Shown: positions 36,801 to 50,759, numbered from the stretch's first letter. The stretch is 64,000 nucleotides of DNA from Octopus bimaculoides (GCF_001194135.2 NC_068981.1:98067333-98131332); one strand, 5' to 3'. The notes: a model not told the origin generated them from the letters alone. Translations and numbers: made by a program.

Positions 36801-38464
36801 GAGTGACCAATACTTTAACATTTTGATCTTCTCAGCCTGATGAGCAGCACAGCCTGAGCTGGTAGCTGAACACACCAAGTTGCCACAGGAGAAGGTGTCA
36901 CAGCATGTGGCATCCCAGGTGAAGGGCCTACTGCCACAGAATTGGAAAAGCATCCAGACCATGCTTTATGATATTGTTAAAAGGTGGCATGGCAGCTTAC
37001 TAAATTCCATTGTAAACCAAAACAGCAACTGCCTATTTGAGAGATGTCTTGTTTTCAGATATTCAAAGAATAAAATACTAATAGAAAGATTGCTCACTTC
37101 CCCCACCCACTTATTCCTTGTCTTTTTTTTTTTTCTTGAAGTAAAATTTATTTAAAAGATTTATCAATAGCTTTAAAGAAAGAAACAACAAAAATTCTCT
37201 AGACAGGTCAATTGCATTCATTACAATTCAAGTAAAGATAATCGAAGCCCTCCCTGTAAATATCACTGCTATTGGCATATGAATGCTACCAAGCCATAAA
37301 TTATTTAAAATTCTCTAAAACTTAGAACATGAAATCAATTACAATTCAGTAAATTTCATATGCCATCTAAGGACAATACCAAGCAATGTACTGTGTAACA
37401 TTTAGATTAAAATAACAAATGAAATTTAGCTGGAAAATTTCCAAAATAAATATACTATTTTCCTTGTTCAGCTCTTTACAAGGTAGTTTCTTCTTCGCTT
37501 GCTTTCTCTGATTGCTTTCCTGAATTATTAATTTAGAAATAGCTGACATCACATCAATATATGCAGTTTATTGAACAGTTTAATTTTTGCATTTGGAAAA
37601 GCAAATGATTGATAATAATCTATAGTTTGAGTAAGCCAATCTAGAGTAGATTACCAATATTCATTAACTGTCTCATTTGAAACAAATCTTAACGAAATTC
37701 AACTACTGTTTCATTTATAATAATAGTTGCTTTACTAGTTTTTGATGTATATAAATGTTACAACAGAACAAATGGTAGAAATGTCAACATAATATGCAAT
37801 CAAGGAAAGACTGCTCTAATGCAGATATTCAAGTGTGCAGCAAGTAAAATAATCAATGCATGTTAGGGTTAAAAATGTAAACAAAAACAGCGATTACAGA
37901 ATTGTATAGGATAAAGATTTAAAACCAAAATCAGTACAAGATTTATTCTTTATGCTATTTTCCTTTTTTAGGAGAAAGAGGGAGAGAAAAGTTTTAAATT
38001 TTGAATAAATTTTATATTATTTTCAACTGAAAGTTTCATAAAAGATTTCTCGTAAATACAATGCAAATCATATTGTTTATTATTTTCTAAGCAAAATTCT
38101 AAAACTCAAATACTCAATTTATTTACAACATTTTCTCTGATCAAAAACGAAAAGAATAATGTGTGGAGAGAAAAAAGTTGAAAATGGGGAGTGCTACAGA
38201 GAAATGATGCATGATCTACTTGATATATCAACTGCATTTGAAAAAAAAGATTGAGTAAAGAATAATTTAGTTATTGAACTACAGATCTGGATTGCAGATT
38301 CAGAAAATGTTAAGCACACTACATAATCTGTTACAACAACTTTGCCTCAGAAGGCTACCTACTTTTCCACCTAATCATAAGTTAGATGAGCAGAATAGCT
38401 TAAAGTATCTTGTGCAGAGCCTCAACAACATACCAGTAGTAAAACAGAAACATATAACTTTTCA

Positions 38465-39358
38465 ATGAGAAGATACTCAAAAGTAACCAGAAACATTTTC
38501 TGTGGGACAAACCCATTGTAGTTCAGGCTTCCACTGCTACAAGCCACTTGATGTAATTCTCAGGCATCAGTCTGCTGACCAGTGGCTTAGAAGGCAGTCA
38601 TAATGACACATGGTGTGTCTTTGTTCTGAAATGTTTCTCCCTTGTTTGTTGATTTTTGCAATGCCTGAAAAGAAGGAACAACATGCTTCCGTGGAATTCT
38701 GTTTTCTAATGAGGAAAATGGCAGCCAAAACAGTTGTCACATTTCAAGCAGCTTACAAGGGTGTTGCCATGAGCAAAACATGTGTTTATGAGTGGTTTTC
38801 ATGCTTTAGGAATGGTCACTTGCTGCTTGGAGACCAAACTCATTCAGGACAACTGTTGACCTCCCAAACGAATGGAAACATCACAAAAATTCATGAACTG
38901 ATCTCAGAGGGCCATCATCAAACAATTGACTGGTGTGTCCTGGAACTCCTACCAATGAATTTTGGGCTGGGAATTGCGCATGAAAGGAGTTGCAGCAAAA
39001 TTTGTGCCTCGCTTACTCACAGAAGATCAAAAGCAATCACAACTGAATGCATGTCATAAACTGAAAGAAAAGTTGGAAATTGATCCGGACCTTTTTTTCA
39101 AAGGTCATCACCAGTGACAAAAGCTGATGCTATGGAATTTGAAGATGTGAAAGAGGTGAAGAAAAAAATAATGGAGATGTTAAAAGGCATCAACTTGCAA
39201 GAGTTCCAGCACTGCTTCCAACAGTGGAAAATGCATCTGGACCAATGCATTGCTTCAGTTGGAGATTACTTTGAAAACTAAAAAAATTTAAACATGTAAA
39301 ACTAATTGAATGAAATAATATTGCAAACTTTCAGTTCCTTTTGGGTACCCTCCTCATA
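38465..39358 (+). mobile_element. Internally deleted mariner transposon
   Basis: MPEKKEQHASVEFCF...SKTCVYEWFSCFRNG...AAKFVPRLLTEDQK...VITSDKS*CY // FEDVKEVKK...FQHCFQQWKMHLDQCIASVGDYFEN*. Decayed TIRs at ~38465 and ~39335-39358. Confidence 0.92.
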
Positions 39359-41028
39359 CTCCATAACTACTCCAGTATTTCTATAATCATACACACAGAA
39401 TTATATTTGTGTGCATACATGCATGTAAAAGTGTCTGTATGTTTGTTGTCTTGACATTGTGTGATAGTTGCAAAAAGATTGTCACTGTCTTACAAGCAGT
39501 GTCGTTCATTTCCATTATTCTGCAAAAGCATATCTAGTAATGGGAAAATATTACCTTGCTTCAAAATAGGTGAAGGTCAGTGACAGGTATTTGTGTGTCC
39601 AGCCATAGAAAATCTGCCCCAATAAGATCCATCTGACCCATGCAAGCATGGAAAAAGGAACATTAAAAATGATGGTGATTATGAACTGTGAACATCCTGT
39701 TTGTGCATCTACAAAGTTGTAGATACTATTTCTCTGGTATCCACAACTTTAGAGTTTAAAATATTAAAGTAACTTAGATGCTGTTTTCTCATTTAGGCTA
39801 TGATACATTAATTCTCATAGCAACTTTTCAAGTATTTACTCACTGATGAATGTGTTGATAATACAAGCTGTCAGAATTTGAGAAGAAATCTGTAAAAATT
39901 GCCTAATTTCATTCAGATGTTTTTTAAAGACATTTCAGGCAAAGACAGTGTTTTCCACTATAAGTATTAAGTATCCCTAGTCAATTCTGATAAAGTTGAT
40001 CTCTATCACTGATATAGCTGATCAAGGAATTATTCAACCATAATCAATCTTGTTTTATTGTTAATGGATTATTTTAAAATTTATAACTTAATCTATACAA
40101 CTCCTGTTTAAAAGTTGCCAGAGAAATTCAATAATTCCATAATATAGAAATGAGAGCATTTCATTTGATGTGTGACTGCTACAATTGAGAAAGATGAATG
40201 TCTATGCTAGCAAATGATATGGGAGAAGTGATAACTTATATGTCTACCATCCAGTAAGTAACATATCTCCAAACCAAAAGTTTATATCCTTACAGAGGAT
40301 ACCTTATTAAAGCAGCTGATTTACAGTATCCAACGTTCAATTTAAAATTCTTTTAAAAAATAATAAAAATTGTAATTTTAGTGAAACCTTTCAGTTCAAA
40401 ATGCTATTTTCACTGAAATTACCAATTTCAACTTGTCTACTTGTCACCATCATCATCATCATCACCATCATCGTTAATATCTCAGATTTGCTTCTGAATA
40501 TTGAAGAATCTACAGAAATTTGAGAAAAGTGCTCTAAATTCAATATTCTCTGTTTTGCAGATTTATGGTACACATTATTGATAGAACTAGTTTGTTGAAT
40601 GATTTAAATGTGTAAAAGCATATGGATTCAGTCAATGTAGAAAAGGAAATATAGAATAAATTGACACAGACTGTTTTATACCAGCAGCTCCCTACATTTG
40701 TAGACCCCAGGGGCAGGGTCCACAAATATAGTATGAGGGGTAGGAAGTGACAAGAGTCATGCTCGAATTTCTAATAGACTGCAGTGTAGAATGTTTAATT
40801 ATTCATCATCATCGTCATTATTATTATTATTATTATTAATGTCCACTTTTCCATGCTTGCATGGGTGAAACAATTTATTGAAACAGAATTTCTAAGACCA
40901 GATGTTCTTTCCATTGCCAACCCTTACCTGTAAGGTAATATTTCCCCACAGCAGATATGTTTTTGTAGAATGCTGGAAATGAATGACATTGATGTATAAG
41001 AATCAGGCGATATCGAAACCATGCAATA

Positions 41029-41064
<36 letters not shown>

Positions 41065-41304
41065 TACATACAAATACACTATGTATGTATGTATGTATGT
41101 ATGTGTTTGTGCGTGTGTGTGTGTATGATGGGCTTCCTTCAGTTTCCATCTACCAAATCCACTTATAAGGCTTTGGTCAGCTTAGGGATATAGTAGAAGA
41201 CACTCTCCAAGATGCCACACAGTGGGACTGAATCTGTAATCATCTAGTTGGGAAACAAACATCTTAACTACAAAGCCACAGTTGATTAAAGATAAAATAT
41301 ATAA

Positions 41305-41552
41305 GACAGAAATAATGGGTTATAGACATATATTTATTATAATAGGCTTACAGATGTTTTGGATATACATTTGGGTGCATTCATGGTTCAATTTTATCAA
41401 TCGATTGATCAACTGAAAATACAGGGAACCACCAGCAATACTGTCGGCTGCCAATCTATCAACTGATAAAATTAAACTATGAATGAACCCAAATGCATAT
41501 TTGAAACTGTAAGCCTATAATAAATAAATGCATATAGTCCATTATTTCTGTC
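41305..41552. mobile_element. Foldback MITE (~100-bp arms)
   Basis: gacagaaataatggg...ttattataataggcttacag pairs with ctgtaagcctataataaataa...ccattatttctgtc. Confidence 0.85.
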
Positions 41553-42246
41553 CATTTTATGTATCATCCTGCAAAAACATGTCATCTTCACTGGGTAATG
41601 CAACCATGGATGTACAAATTTGACTGGTGATAGATTTCCACTTCAGCTTTCGAGTTTGGATTATCTGGAGTACAATACTGATCACAAGACTTTTCTGTTA
41701 GCCTGGTGTAATTTTATCTTCAGAGAGCTTAAGAAGTATTTAAAGCATTTTTAAAGCATTTTACCTGGATTACTATCACTCATTAATCCCTCTTTGTTTA
41801 TATGTCTATATTTATCTGTACATGTCACTCTGTGTGTGTATACATACATGTGTACATGCTTATATATGTACATACATACATACATATATGTACATTGTGT
41901 GTGTGTGTGTTCAGTTACACATATCCTTCAGTTGGGAGATAAAATTGGGAAAACGAGTTTGTTGTTAATATAATTAGCTTGCTAAGTAGACAAGCCTTTC
42001 AAATGTTTGGCATAAAAGGGGGTCATCGACAGTGAAAAGGCTGGGATCCACTGCTTCATGTTACAGAAAACATGGAATGAGAAGATATTTTCTTGCTGCT
42101 ACTTGCAGGTAATTGACTGTGACAAACCCAAAGGACAAACTAAATAATGTTGTGATAAAAGAGCTTTAGATTCAATGTCAGTCTATGGTGGAATGTTCTC
42201 GAACAACAGTGAATTTGATGTTGTACTATGAAAATGTATTACATAT

Positions 42247-42637
42247 ACTCTTTACTCTTTTACTTGTTTCAGTCATTTGATTGTGGCCATGCTGGAGCAC
42301 TGCCTGTAGTCGAGCAAATCGACTCCGGGACTTATTCTTTGTAAGCCTATTACTTATTCCATCAGTCTCTTTTGCCGAACCGCTAAGTTACGGGGACATA
42401 AGCACACCAGCATCGGTTGTTAAGCAATGCTAGGGGGACAAACACACACACACACACATATATATATACATATATACGATGGGCTTCTTTCAGTTTCCGT
42501 CTACCAAATCCACTCACAAGGCTTTGGTCGGCCTGAGGCTATAGTAGAAGACACTTGCCCAAGATGCCACGCAGTGGGACTGAACCCGGAACCATGTGGT
42601 TGGTAAGCAAGCTACTTACCACACAGCCACTCCTGCG
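42247..42637 (-). mobile_element. Young full-length main-family tRNA SINE
   Basis: Head on the minus strand is gcgcaggagtggctgtgtggtaag...ggttccgggttcagtcccactg, with an (aagagta)n tail. CpGs are retained. Confidence 0.92.
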
Positions 42638-42649
42638 CTTATATTTTTT

Positions 42650-42865
42650 ACTTGTTTTAGTCATGGGACTGCAGCCCTACTGGAGCACCACCTTGAAGGT
42701 TTTAGTTAAACAGATGAACCCCAGTACTTATTTTTTTAAGCCTGGTATCTAATCTATTGGTCTCTTTTGCTGAACTGCTAAGTTACGGGGGTGTAACAAA
42801 CCAACACTAGTTGTCAAGTGGTGGTGTGGAACAAACACAACACAAACATAAAGACACGCATGCAC
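42650..42865 (-). mobile_element. Main-family SINE 3' half
   Basis: Diverged partial copy between two full copies. Confidence 0.75.
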
Positions 42866-42869
42866 ACAC

Positions 42870-43245
42870 TTATGGTTGTGTGGTAAGAAGCTTGCTTCCC
42901 AACCACATGGTTCCAGGTTCAGTCCCACTGCGTGTCACCTTGAGCAATTGTCTTCTACTATAGCTTCGGGCTGACCAAAGCCTTGTGAGTGGATTTGGTA
43001 GACAGAAACTGAAAAAGGCCTGTCGCACGCATGCACGCGTGTGTGTGTGTGTGTGTTTGTCCCCACCACCATCGCTCGACAACTGATGTTAGTGTGTTTA
43101 TGTCCCCGAAACTTAGCAGTTCGGCAAAAGATACCGATAGAATAAGTACTAGACTTACAAAGAATAAGTCCTGGGGTTGATTTCTTCAACGAAAGGCGGT
43201 GCTCCAGCAGGGATGCAGTCAAATGACTGAAACGTGTAAAAGAGG
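42870..43245 (+). mobile_element. Full-length main-family tRNA SINE
   Basis: tggttgtgtggtaagaagcttgcttcccaaccacatggttccaggttcagtccc...gcagtcaaatgactgaaacgtgtaaaagag. Confidence 0.92.
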
Positions 43246-43561
43246 AAAAAAATAATATATATACATGCGCGCATGCATGCACACAAGCAAACACACACAC
43301 ACACACACACACACTATGTTTCCTTCTACCAAATCCTTCACAAGGCTTTGGTTGACTTGAGGCTATAGTAGAAATCACTCACCCAAGATACCATATAGTG
43401 AGCTTGAACAGAGAACCATGTGACTGTGAAGCAAAATTCTTACCACACATCCAGATCTGTGCCTTTAGTGTATATACTAAATATATATACATTTTGTGTG
43501 TGGATATATGTTGTGTGTACATAGAGGTGAGCTTATATATATATACATATATGCTCATATA

Positions 43562-43598
<37 letters not shown>

Positions 43599-44074
43599 AT
43601 GTGTGTGTAGTCTGCATACAGGCATATATGCATACAATAAACATGGGTATATAAAAAACTGCATGCATGTATGTATGTATAGAGTATGCAGACAAGTGTA
43701 ATGTAACAATCAAGCTAATACATAGCTTCCAAGTGAAAAGCAAGCAAGAAAGTAATAAACTTATGTTCTCAATGTAACAATGTGTATAGACAGTGTTGTT
43801 TTTGTTGATAGCATGTGTAGAATGAACAGCACTTGAAATGACATCATGTCACTTAAATGGTATGTTCTGCTGATGGCAACAAACAGCATCATGTGTAGAA
43901 ATGGGACATGTTCTGTGAGCAACAATATGCATTGAAAGTGTTGACAAGACTGTAACTGTTGGGCTGCTGAGCTGTGACATGCCAGACTGGAGAGCAATGA
44001 TCACTTCTGCTTATAGTACACATTCAATGAACAAAGGAATGATAAAAACTGATGGCATTTCATTGTCACAGATC

Positions 44075-44370
44075 TTTTATCTTTTACTTGTATCAGTCAT
44101 TGGATAGCAGCCATGCTGGAGTACTGCCTTGAAAGGTATTAGTTGAACAGATCAACTCTAAGACTTATTTTTAAGTCTGGTACTTATTCAATTGGTCTCA
44201 TTTGAGAAACCACAAAATGACAGGGATGTAAGCAGACCAACACTGGTTGTCAAGTGGTATGGGACAAATACACACACACATACAATGGACTTCCTCACAG
44301 TTTCTGTCAACTAAATTCTCTCACAAGACATTGGTCAGTCCAAGGCTATAGTAGACGACACGTACCTGAG
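44075..44370 (-). mobile_element. Main-family SINE, head truncated
   Basis: Reverse copy of the consensus. Confidence 0.75.
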
Positions 44371-45067
44371 GTATTTATTAATCAGTAGGAAGCACTGACT
44401 AGACACAAGCTGGAGAGTTGATTACCTCTGCTTGGTTGCCTGAGTGATAGCATGTGATCGTCGAAAGGCCCAAAATACCTAATGACCTTAGGAAATATCA
44501 CTGACGATGTGTTCAGGATGCATCACAAGATGATGTATGGAAACAACATATTACTTGCTTTTCTTTCCTTATTCAATTGTTTTGTATTAATCATGCATTA
44601 CATCATGGCTTTGAGATTTTGATGATGTGATTGTTTATTTTAGAATGACATTGTAGGGTAGGTGTGAGAGGCCAAACCTAGCCAGTTTGAACATAAACCA
44701 GGTAGAATATTTTAGCCAGATAGGACCAGTTTAAATGCTAACGGGTTAAATCTTGGAGCATATTTACTATTCAATTCTGGGTTAACCATCAATAGAACTA
44801 ATCTTATTACCACAAAAAGTTTCTTTAACATGTCTTCTTTAACTCTCAGTATTGACCAATGAAATTCTTCTTATCTAGTCAGAATTACAACACATCAGCA
44901 AGGCACAAACTATGCATGGCCTAGGCTTAATTTTATCTCAGGAAGTTGAATTATGCTTGTATAAAATATTATATTAAATAGATTTTATTGAGGATACACA
45001 GTAATATAGTAATTACATCAAAGTACTCATCAGTTTTATCCTACTTCAATATTTTTCATTACGGTTA

Positions 45068-45285
45068 AGGTAGCAACCTAGCAGAACCTGTTAGCATGTC
45101 AGGCAAAATGTTTCACAGAATTTCATCTGTCTTCACGTTCTGAGTTCAAATTCTACCAAGGTCAACTTTGCCTTTCATCTTTTTGAGGTTGATAAATTAA
45201 GTGCCATTTGAACACTGGGGTCAATGTAATCGACTTACTCTCTTTCCCGAATTTGCTGGCTTTGTACCAAAATTTGAAATCAATA
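45068..45285 (+). mobile_element. SINE, ggtgagctggcagaa-head family
   Basis: Same layout as the 21618 and 46948 copies. Confidence 0.75.
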
Positions 45286-46739
45286 GTTTTCATTGTGGTT
45301 TAGACACGACTAATGAAGAAGAGAGAAACCATATCTCATGGATTATCTTCAAACCAGAGTAACCAGATCAATCGTTTGCAACTGAATAGCATACCAAATA
45401 CTTTCAAAGGCCAGATGGTCACATTAAACTGGACAACATATTAAGTTTACAACCCAAGAGCAAATACAGTCTATCTAAGGGGCTCCACCACAGTTTATAT
45501 CAACCCAATTCCTTTCATGGGGTTTTAGCTGACCTGAGGTTTCAAATACCACAATGAAGGATTAAGCCCAAATGCACACAATTACAATGTGAAACTTCTT
45601 AACTCTACAGCTATTCCTGTGCACACATACCCTTTGTATCAACATACTTTGTTTTATCTAAATATAAACATATGTTTACCATTAACACTTTGCTTCCTCA
45701 TCAAGTAATATATGAAGAGTCTTTCTTCTTACAAGATTAAAAGAAATCTCTCTATTAGCTACCAGTCTTCCTTACTATCAACATTATAAATATTACGTTT
45801 ATGTAAATCTACTTCAATTAAATGCCATTGACCCTCAGCTTCCCAAAGTTGATAGTTTGTAATTTCCTATGAACCCACTTGTAAGTATAACACTCTAGCG
45901 AATAACTGACAGTTCACAGAATTTAAGCATTTATATCATCTAATAGTTTCAAGAAGTGGAGTACATTGATCTCTTCACTCAGCACATTGAAGCTACATAA
46001 TACTAACATCGTTTTTTGTAATAATTATCTCTTTTACATGAAGAATGGGGATTTGTCATGCAAATTCAGGCTTGGATAGATTCACAATAACACACTTAAA
46101 TCAATGAAAATAGGAAGTTATCAAAAACTTATTTATCTTAAACTTCAAAACTTAGTTTTAAACACCTACTTATTTCCACCCACTTTTTAAATGTGGCTTT
46201 AACTGCAAAGACCATAAAATATATATTCTAATCAAGAACTTCTAAGAGGCTATTTGGCTTGCAAAAGAAATAGCAGCCAAATCTCCCTCAAATCAGACCT
46301 ACCACCTTTAAAAAAGGGAAAGACACCTTGGATAATTAATTTAGGCCTAGATTGACAATACCATGTAGTCCTAGTTACACAATGTAGTCATATATATACT
46401 AAAAGACAACATGGACCTGGCTGAAACAACGAGAATTCTTTAAAATAATGCAAAAAAAAAAAATAATAATAATAAACTGAAGTGGTCTATCTATGATGTT
46501 GTGTCTTTTAGATGAGTCAGAGCAGTATTTCCTAACCCTTGAAATACAGTCCATGTCTCAAGGAACCCCTATTTAAAAATTACTATTTATCATTAGTAGT
46601 CTTTTTTCTTTCTCTTTCATAAAATTAAGTTTCATGAATTAAACAAATCATAAAAGCATCTTTGAAATGTTTGGCAGTGTTAAATCCCTCAGTTGCCATA
46701 AAGAAGGTTTAAGACATCTTATCTTAACCAAGATTTTGT

Positions 46740-47200
46740 TTAACTCCTTAGCATTCAGATTATTCTGTCAAATGTAATGCTTAACAATATTGTTTTGAAT
46801 TAATCATGCATAATCTTGAAGCTTCAAGATTTCAATGCTGAGTTTGTATATTTTTAGAATGACATTATAGGATAGATGTGAGAGGTTGGAGCAGGTCAGT
46901 TTGAACATAAAACAGGTAGAATATTTATTTATTGCACACAGGAGGCTAAACATAGAGGGGATTAACAAGGACAGACAAAGGGATTAAGTCGATAACATCA
47001 ACCCCAGTGTGTAACTGGTACTTATTTAATCGACCCTGAAAGGATGAAAGGCAAAGTCGACCATGGCAGAATTTGAACTTAGAACATAAAGACAGACGAA
47101 ATACTGCTGCGCATTTCGCCCAGTGTGCTATCATTTCTGCCAGCTCGCCACCTTAAAACAGGTAGAATATTATAGCTGGATTAAATGCTAGAGGGTTAGA
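46740..47200 (+). mobile_element. MITE family A with a nested minus-strand SINE (~46948-47153)
   Basis: Starts ttaactccttagcattcagatt and ends aatgctagagggttag. The motif aaaacaggtagaatatt is repeated either side of the insertion (TSD-like). Confidence 0.8.
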
Positions 47201-47625
47201 CCAAACTCCTATAAAATTCCCAATTGAGAGGTTGTTTTCTTCCCCACAGAGCCACTTTACTAGCTAGGGATGACAGGATTACCCTAGCTTGGGAAATATA
47301 TCATGCATCATCATCATCATCATCTTTATCACCATATTCTAATCTTAATGTCTGTTAGAATTATGAATACAGAATTAAACATGAAAATTACTCCAAAATC
47401 CACTTGCATACAATTAACCTTCCTGTACTTCTTGTTTAATGTCCATTTTTGTATGGATCAGACTGAAGTTATTGAGGGAAATATCCTCCAGGTGAATGCC
47501 TTTATAGTCACCAATCTATATCTGTTTTTAAGCAAGGAAATATTTTGCTGACTAGATAGGTTTTAACAGAATATTGAAAGGGAATGCCATTCATTTACAA
47601 CAATCTCACAATGTCAAGACAAAAA

Positions 47626-47670
<45 letters not shown>

Positions 47671-49361
47671 ACACACACACACACACACATAAATAGACAT
47701 ACACAGAGGCTTTGGTCAGGCCAGGGCTATAGAAGAAGACAGCTGCCCATGATGTTATGTAGTAGGACTGAACCTGAAACCGTGTGACTAGAAAGCAAAC
47801 TTCTTAATGCACCTATGTATCACTATATCTTGTGGAACTCCTAGCAACTACTCACAGAACACTAAGATTCCTGAGGATATTCAGCTTGAAAATGCTGAGC
47901 CAGGACTTAATGTTTTTGGAAGGCATGATTTATTAAAGAGAAGAAACAAGAAGTGTGTTAAGTTGCTGTTTAACCCTGGGTCAGTCTTGCTCCAACAGAC
48001 CTTATCATCAAAGACATCTCCAATGTGTCTTTTGTTGCTATTCTTAGCATGTTTTCCCAGACACAAACTTTCTATAACATTGCCTAATGCACCTTTCCTA
48101 TTCTTCAAACAGTAGGGCATGATTTAAGGGAGATTTGCAACTATTTTGAGCAGGCTGAGAGATAGCCTATAAAGAATCCCCCTGATTTAGGAGTGCATGC
48201 AACAGGAAATGTCAACAAGGTCTCTACGGAAAAGAGAGAAAGAGATATGTGGAGACGAGGAGAGAAGAGAGATATAAAGTTGCAGGCAGCTACACTTGTG
48301 AATGTCAATATGAATAATCAAAACAAAGATAAGGTAACTAGTTCTCATATTTTGTTTATTCTCTTTTATAATTATTTCTTTGTGATAATGTCAACAAGTT
48401 GGTCAAACACAACTGAACAAAACTGTCTGTCTGTCTGTCTGTTTTTATTTGTGGTGTGTGTGTGTGTTCCTGATATGTGTGTATATATTGTTTGTATGCA
48501 TTCATGATCTCACTCTCTATATGTATATTTATTGTATGTGAGTGTATTTGTGTTCATGATCTCTGTACAAGGGTGTGTTTGCAATTTTCCTTAATATTTG
48601 TTGTGTATGAAAGACAGAATACTCATAGCATACTCATTACACATACAGTGGTGTTTATACATGAAGTCTCATATATAAATACATATACTGTTTTCTCTAT
48701 ATTTTACATGCCTAATATGATGCTGACATCCCCACCCAGCCAATCAATATATAATTTACCCATACAAATGGTATCAACATACATAACTTCTCTCTCTCTC
48801 TCTTCTCTCTCCCCCATTGTAGTAATAAACAGTAATATTATAAACATCTTATGATCATATCTCTGCTCTTTATCTTCTCCAACAGATATATCAATAAACA
48901 TAGCAGTGCTACGTTAAGTGCATATGATATCTTCCTCACACCATCATCTAGATATCATAATAAACATAGAAATGTTATGAAATTGTGATAAAACAAGAGT
49001 TGCAGATTTCGTTATTCAATAAATATCAAGGTCTTACTATATGCAATCTAATATGAATTTTGAAATAACAAACCCAAAACACACACACACAGACATGCAT
49101 GCACACTCAATATACACTCTCTCTTACACACACACAAGAATACAAAGAAAAAGCTACCCTCCAGGAAAAATAATTTTTAACTCAACATCAAATATCATGT
49201 GAACCATCTAGAATGAAAATAAAATTATTCTGACAACCAAAATGTTATTTATTTATGTTTGAAAAGCATTTATCTTATTTATCAACTCTTTATAAGCTTC
49301 CCTGCTGGAAATGAATATTACTCTCCACATTCTGCCATTAAAATACAACTGAAATATTTAA

Positions 49362-49512
49362 CCCTTCGAAGACAATGTTTCTTAATGAAATACAATGCCC
49401 ATGTGTTTCAATTATGTTCACAAATAATTAAGAATTTGGTTGACTTAGATATCAAATTTCAGAACCTAATTTAAAAGCTTTTGCAAGAAATTTTGATGGA
49501 TGGGCTTTGTGC

Positions 49513-49544
<32 letters not shown>

Positions 49545-49626
49545 CATCATTTAATTTTTTTAATAATATGAACACTTTAAAATAAACTATTTTGTATCAC
49601 AAACCAGAGGCAGAGTCTGGCAAGGG
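49362..49626 (+). mobile_element. TTAA-flanked piggyBac-type MITE (family C)
   Basis: TTAA|CCCTT...AAGGG|TTAA at 49358-49361 and 49627-49630. The internal sequence is unrelated to families A and B. Confidence 0.8.
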
Positions 49627-50059
49627 TTAAACAAATTGTAGAAATGAACTCTTCCAATTCAAAGTAATTCTGATACATCATTTTATTACGCAACTGCAAA
49701 TTATTAAATTTAGATATCTATACACGCACACACCGTAACTCAGCCACTTTGCCTCCATGAGGCTCAACACTTAATAAAAGTCATCTTCATTTTGTTTTCG
49801 ATTTTGGTTAGAATTGGAGGTGTGGTATGGGACTAGCTGTGTTGTTTCCAGATACCTTCCAAGATGACAATAATTCTGCATTCTCCTACTTCAAAGCAAT
49901 TCTCACTCCATCTTCACTCCAGATATAATCAAGCAATGCGATGTATATCACTACCCATCATGGCAAAATGAAGGTCATCATGCTGATAAAAAAAAAATTC
50001 TTCATGTGCTTGCTCCACCTGCTAATAATTTTTGTGAAATCTTTCTTATCACATCCATC

Positions 50060-50105
<46 letters not shown>

Positions 50106-50433
50106 TGCGTACGTGTGTGTGTAGGAAGGATACACTAGACAATGGAGCCCAAGATATACAAAAGATTAAGATAGTTATGGTTGAAATGTTTTTGAAATTT
50201 GACAGACAGAAACTATGAAACACACACACACACACACACTCACACACACAAAACCTAAACAATTAAGGTTTTTTAAAGCATAAATGAGGTTATCACCACC
50301 AACCACTATCATTATCTAATGTTTGCTCCCCATGGTTGCATGAGTGGGCATTCAGCAGGATCTTATCAATCAGAGGAGCATGTCAGGCTCCAGTGTCTGT
50401 TTGGGCATCATTTCTACAGCTAGATGCCTTTCC

Positions 50434-50633
50434 TAAGTACATTGCAGGTAAGTACATCATAACATATACATCACCTGTAATTTCATTCCAGAGTAATTAT
50501 ATTTTGTGCCAATAGATCATAGGTAAAATTCATAGTCATACCAAATACATCATTCGTAAATTCATTGTCATGTTTTGTTGCCTTTTTTAATTATTATTTA
50601 TTACAGAATAAATACAAAACTTAACACTATTTA
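50434..50633 (+). repeat. 200-bp near-identical direct duplicate of 53750-53949
   Basis: I count one substitution over 200 bp. Confidence 0.93.
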
Positions 50634-50759
50634 CAGAGAGAACCAAGTGCTTTTAATGGATTTATTTTTATTTTTTGTGGAACTAACTATTGAGGTCACT
50701 TCACAATTTGCAAAACTAAAGGAGTTAAAGGGGTTCCTATAACTGAAGGAAAATAAAAG

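Noticed and set aside
36836-36880. Second CTGATGA hammerhead candidate (also 44490-44530 CTGACGA and 56298 CTGATGAGGCC)
   Set aside because: No closing stem II followed by GAAA and NUH. The 56298 instance lies within retrotransposon RT coding sequence.
38610-39059. 149-aa ORF as a host gene
   Set aside because: It is a frameshifted, internally deleted mariner transposase.
50434-50633. C/D snoRNA or U1 snRNA fragment on the minus strand (tacttacctg)
   Set aside because: No canonical C and D boxes. The U1 match is only the complement of a splice-donor motif.
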